Program-made: the position numbers and the translations under genes
NCBI GenBank assembly: GCA_965198115.1
Contig: OZ240241.1
Location: forward strand, 7,616,001 to 7,680,000
Reading direction: 5' to 3'
DNA length: 64,000 nt
DNA from: Candidatus Latescibacterota bacterium
Lineage (GTDB): Bacteria > Latescibacterota > UBA2968
Notes under the pieces: generated by a model
The model's input: the letters and a program-made list of their open reading frames with translations, nothing else
Told to the model about the DNA's origin: nothing
The model's database searches: none
Part shown: piece by piece, positions 1 to 10,311 of the stretch
Layout: every line of letters starts with the position of its first letter
Position numbering within the stretch: the first letter of the stretch is position 1

Positions 1-1330
1 AATTCCCGTCGTCCCTACGCGCGTTGACATCCACGCCTCCCTGGACGAGACGCCTGAGCAAACCCGGCCACTGGTCGACGAGCAGGGAGTCGACGTCGTC
101 CCCCGCACCAACGGCGTGCATCAACGTCGTCCGACCGTCGTTGTCCACAGCCGTTACGCTGGCGCCCGCCTCCATCAGCAGACGGGCAACTGATACCTTA
201 CCCTCTCCCAGGGCTTCCATCAGAGCCGTCTGTCCGTCCTCGTTTCGACTGTCTACGGGTACACCAGCGTCCAGCAGTCTTCTCACTTCGTCAATCTCGC
301 CCTCTCCCGCTTCCTCGATCAGTGCTTCCCCTTCATCCCGCACGTGACTGATCACCGTGAATCGATCGACCACCCGGCCATCGATGTCCTTGAAGTAGAA
401 TTCCGCCACGTTTGGCTTGCCACCCGCTCCGAAGGTTCCGAACAGCGCACCGAAGTTCGCCCCATTGTCCGTCGTGTAGTACTTCGCCCACCAATCGCCG
501 ATGGGCAGACGCCGGGCTCGACGCATACTCCTCCCCGCCATTCCGTTCACGAAAACGAACGTCTTTCCGCGTTCGATGTGGAGCGTGTCCGAACGACTCG
601 CCACGGTGTGTCTAGCCATATCGCTCAACAGATGTGTCCGGCTGTAGGAATGCTCGTGACCCGTCGCGACGATCACCCCACCCAAGCGGCACTCCTCGTA
701 GAGATCCCATCCCGTCTCGCTCGACTTCCCCCCGACTTGCATGGGTCGCTGATTCTTGTGCCAGCTCGCAATGCGCCAGATCGAGTTGTCATCCTCAAGC
801 TGTTCGCGAACATAATCCGCGTGTCCCGTGTCGAACACGTCAGGCGCCACCAGAAGGATGAACACTCCCCTGTATCTCAACGACGACTTCACGCCCATCT
901 GGCCATCCCAGGGCAGGGGGATCCGACGGGCACGAGCTTCGAGCATTTTCTGATACCCCTCCCAGATATGCTCGTCGTGGTTGCCCGCCGATCCGAAGTA
1001 GGGGAAGTCCTCGCCGAGCACCTTGCTGATCAGACCATCCCAGGCTTCAGGGTCGTGCGCGTAGTCGAAGTCCCCCTGATGCACGACCACGTCAGCGCCT
1101 TCATCCTTGATCAGCTGAAGTACTTCAGGTGCCTTATCCTCATCTTCATCTGTATCCTCATCAGCCGACGTTCCCTGATCGCCGATGAAGGCGATCTTCA
1201 ACCCATCAGATAGATCCTGCCGCCAGAGTATCTCCTCTTCTTCCGCCCGAAGTCCGCCGACGACTCCTGCAGCAAAAATCATCGTCAGGATCGCACCCTT
1301 CAAAAAACTGGAACCGCATCCTGCTATCAT
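1..1330 (-). CDS. Secreted calcineurin-like metallophosphoesterase fused to C-terminal ankyrin repeats (runs off the window)
   Basis: Not in the ORF track. Manual translation from ATG 1330 (AGGAGG RBS, ATGA overlap with the upstream stop) gives a signal-like N-terminus, motifs FIGDQG, HQGDFDY, GNHDE, GHEHSY, then ankyrin units DGQTALMEA..LLMEAGASV..DNDGRTTLMHA..GVDVNARRDDG. Confidence 0.85.
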   Translation of the reverse strand, partial: MIAGCGSSFLKGAILTMIFAAGVVGGLRAEEEEILWRQDLSDGLKIAFIGDQGTSADEDTDEDEDKAPEVLQLIKDEGADVVVHQGDFDYAHDPEAWDGLISKVLGEDFPYFGSAGNHDEHIWEGYQKMLEARARRIPLPWDGQMGVKSSLRYRGVFILLVAPDVFDTGHADYVREQLEDDNSIWRIASWHKNQRPMQVGGKSSETGWDLYEECRLGGVIVATGHEHSYSRTHLLSDMARHTVASRSDTLHIERGKTFVFVNGMAGRSMRRARRLPIGDWWAKYYTTDNGANFGALFGTFGAGGKPNVAEFYFKDIDGRVVDRFTVISHVRDEGEALIEEAGEGEIDEVRRLLDAGVPVDSRNEDGQTALMEALGEGKVSVARLLMEAGASVTAVDNDGRTTLMHAVGAGDDVDSLLVDQWPGLLRRLVQGGVDVNARRDDGN

Positions 1331-3015
1331 CGAACCTCCTCCTGTTGAATCGATAGAATCATGGTCGCAACGTGTCCCTGTTGCACTTTACTCAGCATGG
1401 GCATCGCCAGCGTCAGCTGTTCGACCGCCTCGGACTTCCGTCCCAAAGCCGCCAGCGACCGTGCGAATAACAACAGGAATTTGGGACGTTGGTGCAACCC
1501 TTCACTCATCATCCGGACGACACGTTCGTGATCGCCACGCCTCTGCACTACGAGCGCTCGGTTGTAGAGAATTCCGGCAGCGGATCCTTCCGACGCTTCC
1601 GCCCGGATCAGCAGCCGATCCGCCTCGCCAAGCTGGCCCTGGCGAATTCGGATCTCGGCCAGACTGACCGTGGCGGAGACCCAATCCAGGTAGGCCAGCG
1701 TGTCATCCCGGAACCGCAACGCGGCTGTGAAATGCTCGGAGGCCCGCTCCAGATCGCCGTCGCGACGGGCGGCTACGCCAAGGTAGTGATGCCCCTCCAA
1801 AAACCGCGGATCGCGCGTCACCTCCGGGCCAAACAGCTGAACGTCATCGTGAAAACGTCTGCCTCCCTCGAACGTCGAAACCGCGGCGATCAGGGACCAC
1901 ACACAAACAAGACCGGTCGTCCCCCACCGCCAGGCCTTTCCCAGTAGACTCAAAACGTCAAACCCAAGAGCCACCCCAAGCCCGAATCCGTAACTCACCA
2001 GATAACCGTAGTGGGGCGACGTGAACCTCGGGAGTGGAACGACGTTCAAAGCCGGTGCCAGCGCGATCAGGGAGAACGCGAACAGCCAACCCACCTGATT
2101 CCGTCGCCACCGAACGGCGCCGATGCCCAGCGCGACCAGGACACACCCACCCGCCATGGCTGCAGCGCCGAACCCCACGATCGGCATCGCGTCGCTCAAC
2201 GCCGGCAAGCGCGGATCCAGGGCGTGTCCAAACTGGAGGGCGATCGCGGCAAGACGGGTGCCCACCGCGTCTTCAAACGAAAAGGGAACGGGCGCTCTCG
2301 ACCAGCCCTCCGGTACGGCCTGCTGCCGCACAGCGAGATAGGCAATACAAACCGCAGCGATCGCTCCCAGGCCGACGAGCGAACGCCTCGTCTGATTCCG
2401 GTTCGGGAGCTCGCGAACCAGGAGCAGCGCCGGTATCCAGAAGAGCGCAGTCTCTTTCGACAGGAGCGCCAGCCCCGTGGTGCCGGCCGCGGCCAGGTAC
2501 CACCACGTTACCCGACGTAGACCTCGAGCCTTCACGTAACAGCCGACCGCAAGGAACGTGAAAAGCACCGCCAGAAGGTCCGGTCGGTAGGAAATGGCGC
2601 CGACGGGCAGCCACGACAGGGGATGGATCCCTGCGACAACCATACCCCCGATGAGTGCCCCCGTCGACACGGCGAGATGCAGGGACGCGAACCAGAAAAA
2701 GGCCGCGCACACGCCCGCGTGCAACACCACGTTCGTCAGATGGAAGCCCCACGCGTCCTTCCCGAAAACGGCGGCATCCAGGGCGAGGGTCAGAGTCACC
2801 AGGGGTCGATAGAAGGACGTCTCCCCGAACCGAGCACCCACCGATTCGAGCAACTCGCCCTGACCGGGAATCGCTCGACCCTCTACAACGTCTCCGTGGT
2901 CGAGCCACGTGAAACCGTTCGGGATGTAGGTGGCGTGGACCGCTGCGATCAACACCAGCGCGGCGGCATTCCAGATGCCCATATCTCTACGGCTGAGCAT
3001 ATCAGCCTCCTTCAC
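1327..3015 (-). CDS. TMTC-like (GT-C type) polytopic membrane protein with C-terminal TPR repeats
   Basis: Motifs FYRPLVTL, GFHLTNVVLH, HPL, LLSKETA; many TM segments; TPR-like helices at the C-terminus. Confidence 0.8.
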   Translation of the reverse strand: MKEADMLSRRDMGIWNAAALVLIAAVHATYIPNGFTWLDHGDVVEGRAIPGQGELLESVGARFGETSFYRPLVTLTLALDAAVFGKDAWGFHLTNVVLHAGVCAAFFWFASLHLAVSTGALIGGMVVAGIHPLSWLPVGAISYRPDLLAVLFTFLAVGCYVKARGLRRVTWWYLAAAGTTGLALLSKETALFWIPALLLVRELPNRNQTRRSLVGLGAIAAVCIAYLAVRQQAVPEGWSRAPVPFSFEDAVGTRLAAIALQFGHALDPRLPALSDAMPIVGFGAAAMAGGCVLVALGIGAVRWRRNQVGWLFAFSLIALAPALNVVPLPRFTSPHYGYLVSYGFGLGVALGFDVLSLLGKAWRWGTTGLVCVWSLIAAVSTFEGGRRFHDDVQLFGPEVTRDPRFLEGHHYLGVAARRDGDLERASEHFTAALRFRDDTLAYLDWVSATVSLAEIRIRQGQLGEADRLLIRAEASEGSAAGILYNRALVVQRRGDHERVVRMMSEGLHQRPKFLLLFARSLAALGRKSEAVEQLTLAMPMLSKVQQGHVATMILSIQQEEVR

Positions 3016-3118
3016 CGACTAAGTTGGCAACCCGCGCATCGATCAGCCATCGGTATTTCTGCCGGCGCCCCATCGATTGACGTTTGAACTTTCCCGCATC
3101 CTCCTGTAGGTTGGGGCC

Positions 3119-4459
3119 ATGACGATCACACTCGATCAACTCATCTCCGACTACCGTGACCAGAACGGGGGTTCCTATCAACTTTGGCGGCGAGCCCACG
3201 ACTCGCTCCCCGGTGGTAACACCCGCACCGGTGTCCACGTCGATCCGTTTCCGCTCTACACGGAGCGCGGGGCTGGCGTCCACGTCACCGATGTGGACGG
3301 CAACGAGCGTCTCGACCTCATCTGCAACGCTACGGCTCTGATCCTGGGCCACGCGCACCCCGACGTCGTTAGAGCATTGCAGAGTCGGGCAGCCGTGGGA
3401 ACGGCCTTCTTCGGCCCAACGCCCATCGAAGTCGAGCTCGCCGAATTGGTGCGCGAACGGCTCCCCTCGCTCGAGAAGATCCGATACTGCAGCTCCGGCA
3501 CCGAGGCCGTCCTCAACGCGCTTCGTGTCGCACGCGCCTTCACCGGCCGGCCGCTGATCGCAAAGTTCGAGGGCGCCTACCACGGAGTCGATGACCCCGC
3601 CCTCGTGAGCGTCGCCCCACCTGTCACAGATGACCTCGGACCAGCCGATCGACCCAACCCCGTTCTCTCGTCACAGGGGCTCGCTCCGGGAACTGCCGAA
3701 AACGTCATCGTGTTGCCATTCAACGACCCTGACGCCGCTGAGGCTATCATCCGGACGAACGCGAACCAGATCGCAGCCATCATCGTCGACCCCCTCTCCA
3801 CCGGGGCCGGCATGGCGCTTCCCGATCAGACCTTCCTAGACAACCTTCGCAGCCTCGCGACCGAACTCGACATCGTCCTCATCTTCGACGAAATCGTCAG
3901 CTTCCGTGCAGGTCCATCCGGCACGCAGGGCTCCTACGGCATCTTACCCGACCTCACCTGCCTCGCCAAGGTCGTTGCGGGAGGAACGCCCGGAGGTCTC
4001 TTCGGTGGCAAATCCGACATCATGACCCTTTACGATCCCACGTCTGGGACGCCGGCCATCCCCCAATCCGGGACTTACAACGGGAACCCGCTCGTCGCCG
4101 CCGCTGGTCTCGCCACGCTTCAGGGCATGACCCCTGGAGCCTATGCCCACATCGAAAATCTGACGAACCGAATCTCCGAAGGCATTCGAAAAGCTTTCGA
4201 CGACACGGGCGTCACCGGCTGTGTCGTCAACGCCGGATCCCTCTTTCGCATTTACTTCCTCGAGAAACCGCCCCGCAACTACCGCCAAGCTGCCGAAGAC
4301 AGCAAATCACGCCAGCGCTGGCTCTATTTCTATCTCCTCAACAACGGCATCGTCAGTCGCCACGGCGGCTGTGTCCCCGTCCCCCTGACCGAGTCTCAGG
4401 CCGACCAGTTTATCCAGACCGTTACGTCCGGCCTGCGAGAAATGCCAAGCGACCTGTAG
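3119..4459 (+). CDS. Class III PLP aminotransferase (glutamate-1-semialdehyde aminomutase-like)
   Basis: DVDGN, LGHAHP, SGTEA, FEGAYHG, LIFDEI, catalytic K in LAKVVAGG, SGTYNGNP. Confidence 0.9.
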   Translation: MTITLDQLISDYRDQNGGSYQLWRRAHDSLPGGNTRTGVHVDPFPLYTERGAGVHVTDVDGNERLDLICNATALILGHAHPDVVRALQSRAAVGTAFFGPTPIEVELAELVRERLPSLEKIRYCSSGTEAVLNALRVARAFTGRPLIAKFEGAYHGVDDPALVSVAPPVTDDLGPADRPNPVLSSQGLAPGTAENVIVLPFNDPDAAEAIIRTNANQIAAIIVDPLSTGAGMALPDQTFLDNLRSLATELDIVLIFDEIVSFRAGPSGTQGSYGILPDLTCLAKVVAGGTPGGLFGGKSDIMTLYDPTSGTPAIPQSGTYNGNPLVAAAGLATLQGMTPGAYAHIENLTNRISEGIRKAFDDTGVTGCVVNAGSLFRIYFLEKPPRNYRQAAEDSKSRQRWLYFYLLNNGIVSRHGGCVPVPLTESQADQFIQTVTSGLREMPSDL

Positions 4460-4491
4460 TTCAATTTTCATTTTTCAATATTCATTCTAAA

Positions 4492-5211
4492 ATGTTTCCC
4501 GACGGTCTCATCGTCCTCACATTCGACGACGGCGTGAAGTCGCAGTTTACGTTCGCCGCTCCGCTCCTGAAGTCACTCGGCTTCGGGGCAACCTTTTACA
4601 TCACGGAAGGATTGAACTTCCTGAACGACAAGTCTCGATACATGACCTGGGATGAGGTGGCCGAACTCGACGCCATGGGTTTCGAGATCGGAAACCACAC
4701 GAGGGCTCACACGAGTGTGGCGAAGCAGTCGCCGCAGGAACTGCGGTCGGACATCGATCACATCGATGGCCTGTGCGAAGAAAACGGGATCGCACGACCC
4801 GAGACCTTCTGCTATCCCGGCTACACGAACACCCCTGAAGCCGTCGAGGTATTGCGGGATCGTAGGTTCACCTTCGCCCGCCGGGGCACCGCCCCGGAAT
4901 TCGGGTATGATAACGAAGGGGGTCGCGGCCCAGCCTATGATCCCACGGAACACGATCCCCTACTCATACCCACCACGGGTGCCGCCGGCCCTCACTGGAC
5001 GAATGACGATTTCAAATGGGCCCTCGACCAGGCACGTGACGGTCGAGCGACCGTGCTGACCTACCACGGCGTACCCGATCTCGATCATCCCTGGGTACAC
5101 ACGGACCCGAACTCGTTCGAAGCGTGTGTACGTCATCTGCACGACAACGAATTCACCGTCGTCTCCCTTCGAGCGTGCTCGACCTACACGGAAAGCCCCG
5201 GTTGTGGCTGA
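4492..5211 (+). CDS. Polysaccharide deacetylase (NodB/CE4) family
   Basis: LTFDDG, EIGNHTRAH, FCYPG, LTYHGV. Confidence 0.88.
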   Translation: MFPDGLIVLTFDDGVKSQFTFAAPLLKSLGFGATFYITEGLNFLNDKSRYMTWDEVAELDAMGFEIGNHTRAHTSVAKQSPQELRSDIDHIDGLCEENGIARPETFCYPGYTNTPEAVEVLRDRRFTFARRGTAPEFGYDNEGGRGPAYDPTEHDPLLIPTTGAAGPHWTNDDFKWALDQARDGRATVLTYHGVPDLDHPWVHTDPNSFEACVRHLHDNEFTVVSLRACSTYTESPGCG

Positions 5212-5833
5212 TCGACGACAAGATGTTGATGTGGAATTCGAGGGTTCGGACCAAAGATCGGGGGAAGACCGTCGACAGGGAGATCGAAGGACGCTCGCGG
5301 CCGACAAGCACGGGAAGGGCTACTACGCCGCTTGGGGCTTCGCTGCAGGTGTCCTACCGGCGATCGGCCTGCTGCTCCTGATACAGGTCGACAATCCGAG
5401 TGGGTGGAAACGCGGAACGCCCAAGGGCGCCGTCAACATGGACATCGAAGATCCGCGTGAATTCCAACCCCCGCGGAATCCAGGCATCGGGATGGAGGTC
5501 CCCAAAGAACCCAAGAAGTCCGATGCCGGTGTTCTGACCGAGGACTTACTGAACATCGCACCAGACCTTTACAATGGCGTCAAGCTTAAGAGCAGGAAAT
5601 CGGGTGGCGAGACAGTGATAGGGGCCGATGGTCTGGCCAACGTCGAACTCGTCGATGTCGAAAGCATCGAGATCGCTGTCAAGGCAAAGACGTGGGATCG
5701 TTTGCTCGCTGACGAAAGAATCACCACGCTTAAACGAACCTGGGACTTCCTGACAACACGTTATCCCTCGCTGGCGCAGATCGTCGAACTGTCGTTTGAC
5801 GATGGACGCCCCAACTTACAGATCCGTTTTTAG
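5204..5833 (+). CDS. Single-TM hypothetical protein with N-terminal DRR repeats
   Basis: Probable GTG start at 5204 overlapping the upstream stop; DRRQ..EDRRQGDRR followed by a TM helix (YYAAWGFAAGVLPAIGLLLLI). Confidence 0.6.
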   Translation: MADRRQDVDVEFEGSDQRSGEDRRQGDRRTLAADKHGKGYYAAWGFAAGVLPAIGLLLLIQVDNPSGWKRGTPKGAVNMDIEDPREFQPPRNPGIGMEVPKEPKKSDAGVLTEDLLNIAPDLYNGVKLKSRKSGGETVIGADGLANVELVDVESIEIAVKAKTWDRLLADERITTLKRTWDFLTTRYPSLAQIVELSFDDGRPNLQIRF

Positions 5834-5932
5834 TTCAGGCGGATCATTGTTCTCAGTCCACTGTCTGTTTCCCTGAGCTTTCATCGAGCCATCGTGTCTC
5901 GGTGGTTCGAGTTTTTCTGAAGGTAGAGCAAT

Positions 5933-6733
5933 ATGGCAGAGGCGCTCGATCTCGTCCCCTACGAAACCCTCGAAGAGCGGGTCGAAGCGATGTATCGCGA
6001 CGGTTTCGCTTACCTACCCGGCGTGCTCAATGCCGCTGAAGTCGCGGACCTTCGCGAAAAGATGGATGCCTTGACACCACGTCCAGAAAGTTTCGACAAG
6101 AATCGGTCTGCCGAAGAACACGGCTACGTCAACCGACACATCAACAACGCCTTCAATCGCCATCCCCATTTTCTGCAGTTTCTCGATCACGAGAACGTCC
6201 TCGCCATCGCGGAAGCCATTCACGGCGACGACTGCCACTGCATCGGTATGACCGCGTGGATGACGGGACCGGGGCGGCCCGATCAGAATCTACACATAGA
6301 TTGGTTACCGCTCGAGCTGCCGCCCGACGTCCTCGCCGATCCACGCGTACGAACGCCCATCTTCATCACCACCGCACATTACTACCTGGACGACCTGGAC
6401 GAGGAACTCGGACCCACGAATTTCGTCCCCGGCAGTCATCTCTCGGGCTGCAAGCCGGATGGGGCAACGTCCTGGACCGGTCAGGAAGAGCGATCGATCA
6501 TGTGTCATGCCGGCGACGTCGTCATCTTCCGCAGCGAAGTCTGGCACCGCGGCACGGCCAACACGAGCGATCGCACGCGCTTTCTACTCCAGGTCCATTA
6601 CGCGCAGCGCATGATCACGCAAAAGTATCCACCCTACCTGAATCGCTTCCAGTTCGACCCCGCCATTATAGAGGCAGCGACGGAACGCCAGCTCCGCCTG
6701 ATGGGCAACCATCGGTCCAGTAACTACGATTGA
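5933..6733 (+). CDS. Phytanoyl-CoA dioxygenase (PhyH) family Fe/2-OG enzyme
   Basis: DGFAYLPGVL, LHID, VPGSH, AGDVVIF, WHRG. Confidence 0.88.
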   Translation: MAEALDLVPYETLEERVEAMYRDGFAYLPGVLNAAEVADLREKMDALTPRPESFDKNRSAEEHGYVNRHINNAFNRHPHFLQFLDHENVLAIAEAIHGDDCHCIGMTAWMTGPGRPDQNLHIDWLPLELPPDVLADPRVRTPIFITTAHYYLDDLDEELGPTNFVPGSHLSGCKPDGATSWTGQEERSIMCHAGDVVIFRSEVWHRGTANTSDRTRFLLQVHYAQRMITQKYPPYLNRFQFDPAIIEAATERQLRLMGNHRSSNYD

Positions 6734-6753
6734 GCGCGAGCCTGCGGCCGCCG

Positions 6754-6866
6754 GGTGTTCAGTGTTCAGGAGTTCAGGAGACGGTTTCGTATTGTAGTGA
6801 ATACCCTGGTGGTCGCCGTTGCCGCAAAGCGCGGGTTTCTCCCGAACACCGAACAACTGAACACTC
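6754..6866. repeat. Inverted arrays of about 7-nt tandem repeats flanking a spacer of about 60 bp
   Basis: gtgttca-gtgttca-ggagttca on the left; cgaacac-cgaacaac-tgaacac on the right. Confidence 0.6.
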
Positions 6867-6911
6867 TCTTTTCGACGGCCTCAGCTGGCCGACAGCCAAT
6901 AGGATTTCACT

Positions 6912-7634
6912 ATGCAAGACTACACCCCAGTCGACGTCCCGAACGAAATTCTCGATCGCTTCCGCGTCCTGCCCGTCGCCACGGTGTGGGGCCACACCCA
7001 ACGTGACGCTGGGGTTCCCCTCCCATTCATGGAAGACGTCTTCCCATTCACGAAGAAGCGCCGGCTGGCTGCCCGGGCACGTACGCTGCGCTATCTCCCC
7101 CCGCGGCCGGATCTCTCGACGGAGGTCAAGCGAGGCGAGGACAGTCCAGAGTATCGGGCAATGGCGAGATGCGGCCCCGGAGACGTCCTCGTTTGCGATC
7201 TGATGGGAGCGACACGGCCCTGCGTGTTCGGGGATGTCAAAGCGATGCAACTGAAAATGAACAACGCCGACGGCATCATCACCGACGGCGGCATCCGCGA
7301 TGTCGACGTCATGGAAGAGGAAAACTACGGCCTCGTCATCTACGCCGGCGCAAGAACGCCCTATGGCGGGGGGCCGTGGGCAGAACCGGCCGAAGAGAAC
7401 GGCCAGATTCAGTGTGGCGGCGCCCTCGTGCGCCCCGGTGACGTTCTGGTAGGCGACGGAGACGGCGTCGTCGTCGTGCCTTCGTGGTTCGCGGAGGAAT
7501 GCGTCAACATCGTCGAGGAACACGAAGGCGTCGAAGCCTACATCAAAGAAAAGATCCAGGCCGAAGGGTGTGCGCCGGGCAAGTACTATCCCCCAACCCC
7601 GGAAATGTGGGAAGAGTATCGCGAACAGAAGTAA
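6912..7634 (+). CDS. RraA/HMG-aldolase family protein
   Basis: [39 protein letters not shown]. Confidence 0.88.
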   Translation: MQDYTPVDVPNEILDRFRVLPVATVWGHTQRDAGVPLPFMEDVFPFTKKRRLAARARTLRYLPPRPDLSTEVKRGEDSPEYRAMARCGPGDVLVCDLMGATRPCVFGDVKAMQLKMNNADGIITDGGIRDVDVMEEENYGLVIYAGARTPYGGGPWAEPAEENGQIQCGGALVRPGDVLVGDGDGVVVVPSWFAEECVNIVEEHEGVEAYIKEKIQAEGCAPGKYYPPTPEMWEEYREQK

Positions 7635-7804
7635 GGGGAGACATAAATGTCCAAAAGAAAAAATGTCCGCTATCCCGGGGCTAACGCTCGGGGCTAAGAT
7701 GTGCCGCTCTTTCAGGGAATGTGCACCTCCACTGTAGCCTTTGAACTCACTAGCGTTCTGGTTCTTCTCTGCGTCCACCGCGTTCTCTGCGTTGAAAGGT
7801 TCTA

Positions 7805-9160
7805 TTGTCTCAACCCAACATCATCTTCGTTTTCGCGGACGACTGGGGCTGGGGCGACCTGAGCTGTTACGGACACCCCCACGTCGAAACCCCCAACCTC
7901 GACCGCATCGCCGCCGAAGGCACGCTCTTCTCACAGTTCTACGTCTGCTCCGGCGTCTGCTCGCCCAGCCGTGCGGCCGCCATGACCGGACGCTTCCCCG
8001 CACACCACGGGATCCACGGCCACTTCGCCGACCACGACACGAACGCCCGACGGGGGATGCCCAACTGGCTCGACCCTACGGCCACGACCTACACGCGACT
8101 TCTGCAACGGCACGGCTACCGGATCGGCCACTATGGGAAGTGGCATCTCGGCCACGGCAAGGGGGCACCCGAGCCCTTCGCTTACGGTATTGACGAGTGC
8201 TGCATCAACACGGGCAATGGTCCCTATCTCGGCTTCCTTCCAAACGATGTCGGCCCCGATCGGGCGAGCTCCTCCGAACGCATCGTCGACGAAACCATCG
8301 GCTTCATCGATCGCCACAAAGATGAGCCATTCCTCGTCAACGTCTGGCTCAACGACACCCACGCCACGCTCGACCCCGACGAGCAGCAGCTCGAGCCTTA
8401 CCTCCGCTACGCGCCCAAAGGACTCGAGCAGAAGCATCCCGGCGCGAATGCCATCTACTTCGCCGCCGTCGCGAACGCCGACCGCCACATCGGCCGCCTC
8501 CTCGACCACCTCGATGCAACGGGGCTGACCGACGACACCCTCGTCATCTTCTCCGCCGACAACGGCCCCGAAGACATCGCCATCCAGAACGCGTCACACA
8601 GCGGTGTCGGCAGTCCGGGCCCGTTCCGCGGTCGCAAGCGCAGCCTCTACGAAGGTGGTATCCGCACGCCCTTCCTTCTGCGCTGGCCGAACGGCGGCAC
8701 ACCTGCCGGCGTCGTCAACAATGACACGCCGCTCAGCGCCGTAGACCTCCTGCCCACCTTCTGCGCCGCAGCCGACTGCCCGTTGCCCACCGACCTCCGT
8801 CAACAGGGCGAGAACATGCTCGACGTCTTCCAGGGCGCAACCCGCGATCGCACAACGCCGCTCCTGTGGGAATGGCGCTTCCGCATCGCCGGCCACGTCA
8901 TCAACCGCAGCCCGATCCTCGCCATCCGCGAAGGCCGATGGAAGCTCCTCGTCAATCCAGACGGAGATCGGCAGGAACTCTTCGACATCCCGAACGACCC
9001 TACTGAGCTCAGCAACCTGGCCGACACGTATCCGGATCGAGCAAACGAATTGGCTGACCGCGTCAAATCCTGGCAGGAAGAACTGCCCGAAGGACCCTTC
9101 GACGAAAACGCCGGCTCCAATGCGTATCCCTGGCCCAAACCCATCAAGCGAAGCTCATAG
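7805..9160 (+). CDS. Formylglycine-type sulfatase
   Basis: PNIIFVFADD, CSPSR, GKWHLG, SADNG, YEGGIR; TTG start; no signal peptide. Confidence 0.92.
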   Translation: MSQPNIIFVFADDWGWGDLSCYGHPHVETPNLDRIAAEGTLFSQFYVCSGVCSPSRAAAMTGRFPAHHGIHGHFADHDTNARRGMPNWLDPTATTYTRLLQRHGYRIGHYGKWHLGHGKGAPEPFAYGIDECCINTGNGPYLGFLPNDVGPDRASSSERIVDETIGFIDRHKDEPFLVNVWLNDTHATLDPDEQQLEPYLRYAPKGLEQKHPGANAIYFAAVANADRHIGRLLDHLDATGLTDDTLVIFSADNGPEDIAIQNASHSGVGSPGPFRGRKRSLYEGGIRTPFLLRWPNGGTPAGVVNNDTPLSAVDLLPTFCAAADCPLPTDLRQQGENMLDVFQGATRDRTTPLLWEWRFRIAGHVINRSPILAIREGRWKLLVNPDGDRQELFDIPNDPTELSNLADTYPDRANELADRVKSWQEELPEGPFDENAGSNAYPWPKPIKRSS

Positions 9161-9274
9161 CCACTCTGGTCACCGGCCTTCGCAGGGCTTCGGCCGGCAG
9201 GCTGGTCACTGGTCACCCGTCAATGGTCATTGCATCCCGCCGTTCTTCATCATTACCATATGCGGTCGTTCCTT

Positions 9275-9307
9275 GTCACCCCGGTACGCTTCTTGGCCGG
9301 GGCCCAC
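9275..9307. repeat. REP-like palindrome family GTCA(C/T)CCCGG..CCGGG(G/A)(T/C)CCA
   Basis: Near-identical copies at 9275, 10190 and 11461; an inverted partner at about 10246-10277. Confidence 0.7.
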
Positions 9308-9357
9308 TTTGATCTTCGCGAAAGTGACACTCAACTTCACTCTTACTCAGGTTCCCA

Positions 9358-10176
9358 ATGATCATCGACACTCACGTCCACCTCTACGACCCTTCTCGCC
9401 CTGAAGGCACACCATGGCCGCCGGAAGACGACCCGGTCCTCCATAAACCGACCCGTACCGATCGATGTAAGGACTTGGCCGAGCCAGCCGGTGTCGATGG
9501 CGTCGTCGTCGTCGAGTGCAGCGAATGGGTCGAAGACAATCAATGGGTCCTCGACCTGGCGAAGGACGACCCGTTCATCGTAGGCCTCGTCGGCAACCTC
9601 GACCCACACGACGACGCTTTCGAGTCGCACCTCGACCGCTTCGCGAAGGACCCCATCTACCGCGGCATCCGCGCTCGTCTCTGGGATCCCGACGACATCG
9701 AGAAACTGCGTCTCCTGTCCGATCGCGACCTCTCCCTCGACCTCGGTGGTGGCGAACGCACCCTCGAAATCGCCGACGCCATCCCCGAGCTGCGCATCAT
9801 CATCAACCACAGCGCCGGCATTAAGATGGACGGGGACGAACCCGAGGCCGAAGCCGTCGATCTCGCCAGGCGCGCCGCCGAACGACCCAACGTCTTCTGC
9901 AAGCTCTCCGGCATGATGGACCTGCGCTGCACGATTCGCCCAGCACCCACCGACGTCGCCCACTACGCTCCCTATCTCGACATCCTTTGGGACGCCTTCG
10001 GCGAGGACCGCATGATCTTCGGCAGCGACTGGCCCGTCTCCGATAAAAGCGAACGCACGTATGCCGAAATCCTCACCCTCGCCCAGGACTACATCCATCC
10101 GATGGGCGAAACCATCACGCAGAAGGTCTTCAGCGACAACGCGAAGACGGCCTACAAGTGGGTCGATAGATCATAA
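9358..10176 (+). CDS. Amidohydrolase family 2 (sugar lactonase-like)
   Basis: IIDTHVH, INH, CKLSG, FGSDWPV. Confidence 0.88.
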   Translation: MIIDTHVHLYDPSRPEGTPWPPEDDPVLHKPTRTDRCKDLAEPAGVDGVVVVECSEWVEDNQWVLDLAKDDPFIVGLVGNLDPHDDAFESHLDRFAKDPIYRGIRARLWDPDDIEKLRLLSDRDLSLDLGGGERTLEIADAIPELRIIINHSAGIKMDGDEPEAEAVDLARRAAERPNVFCKLSGMMDLRCTIRPAPTDVAHYAPYLDILWDAFGEDRMIFGSDWPVSDKSERTYAEILTLAQDYIHPMGETITQKVFSDNAKTAYKWVDRS

Positions 10177-10311
10177 CGCGAGAACGAATGTCACCCCGGT
10201 GTGCTTCTTGGCCGGGGTCCATATTATGTTTAGCGAAAGTCAGAATGGATCCCGGTCTGAGGCCTGCCGGGATGACAGTACTCTTCAATTCTATTGTGAA
10301 GGTTTCTCACC

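Noticed and set aside
344-1213. 289-aa + strand ORF and other long antisense ORFs (e.g. 6774-7778, 47743-48585)
   Set aside because: Shadow ORFs of GC-rich genes whose motifs are on the opposite strand
3119-4459. hemL assignment
   Set aside because: The family is clear, but there is no tetrapyrrole context and the sequence is divergent; likely a paralog
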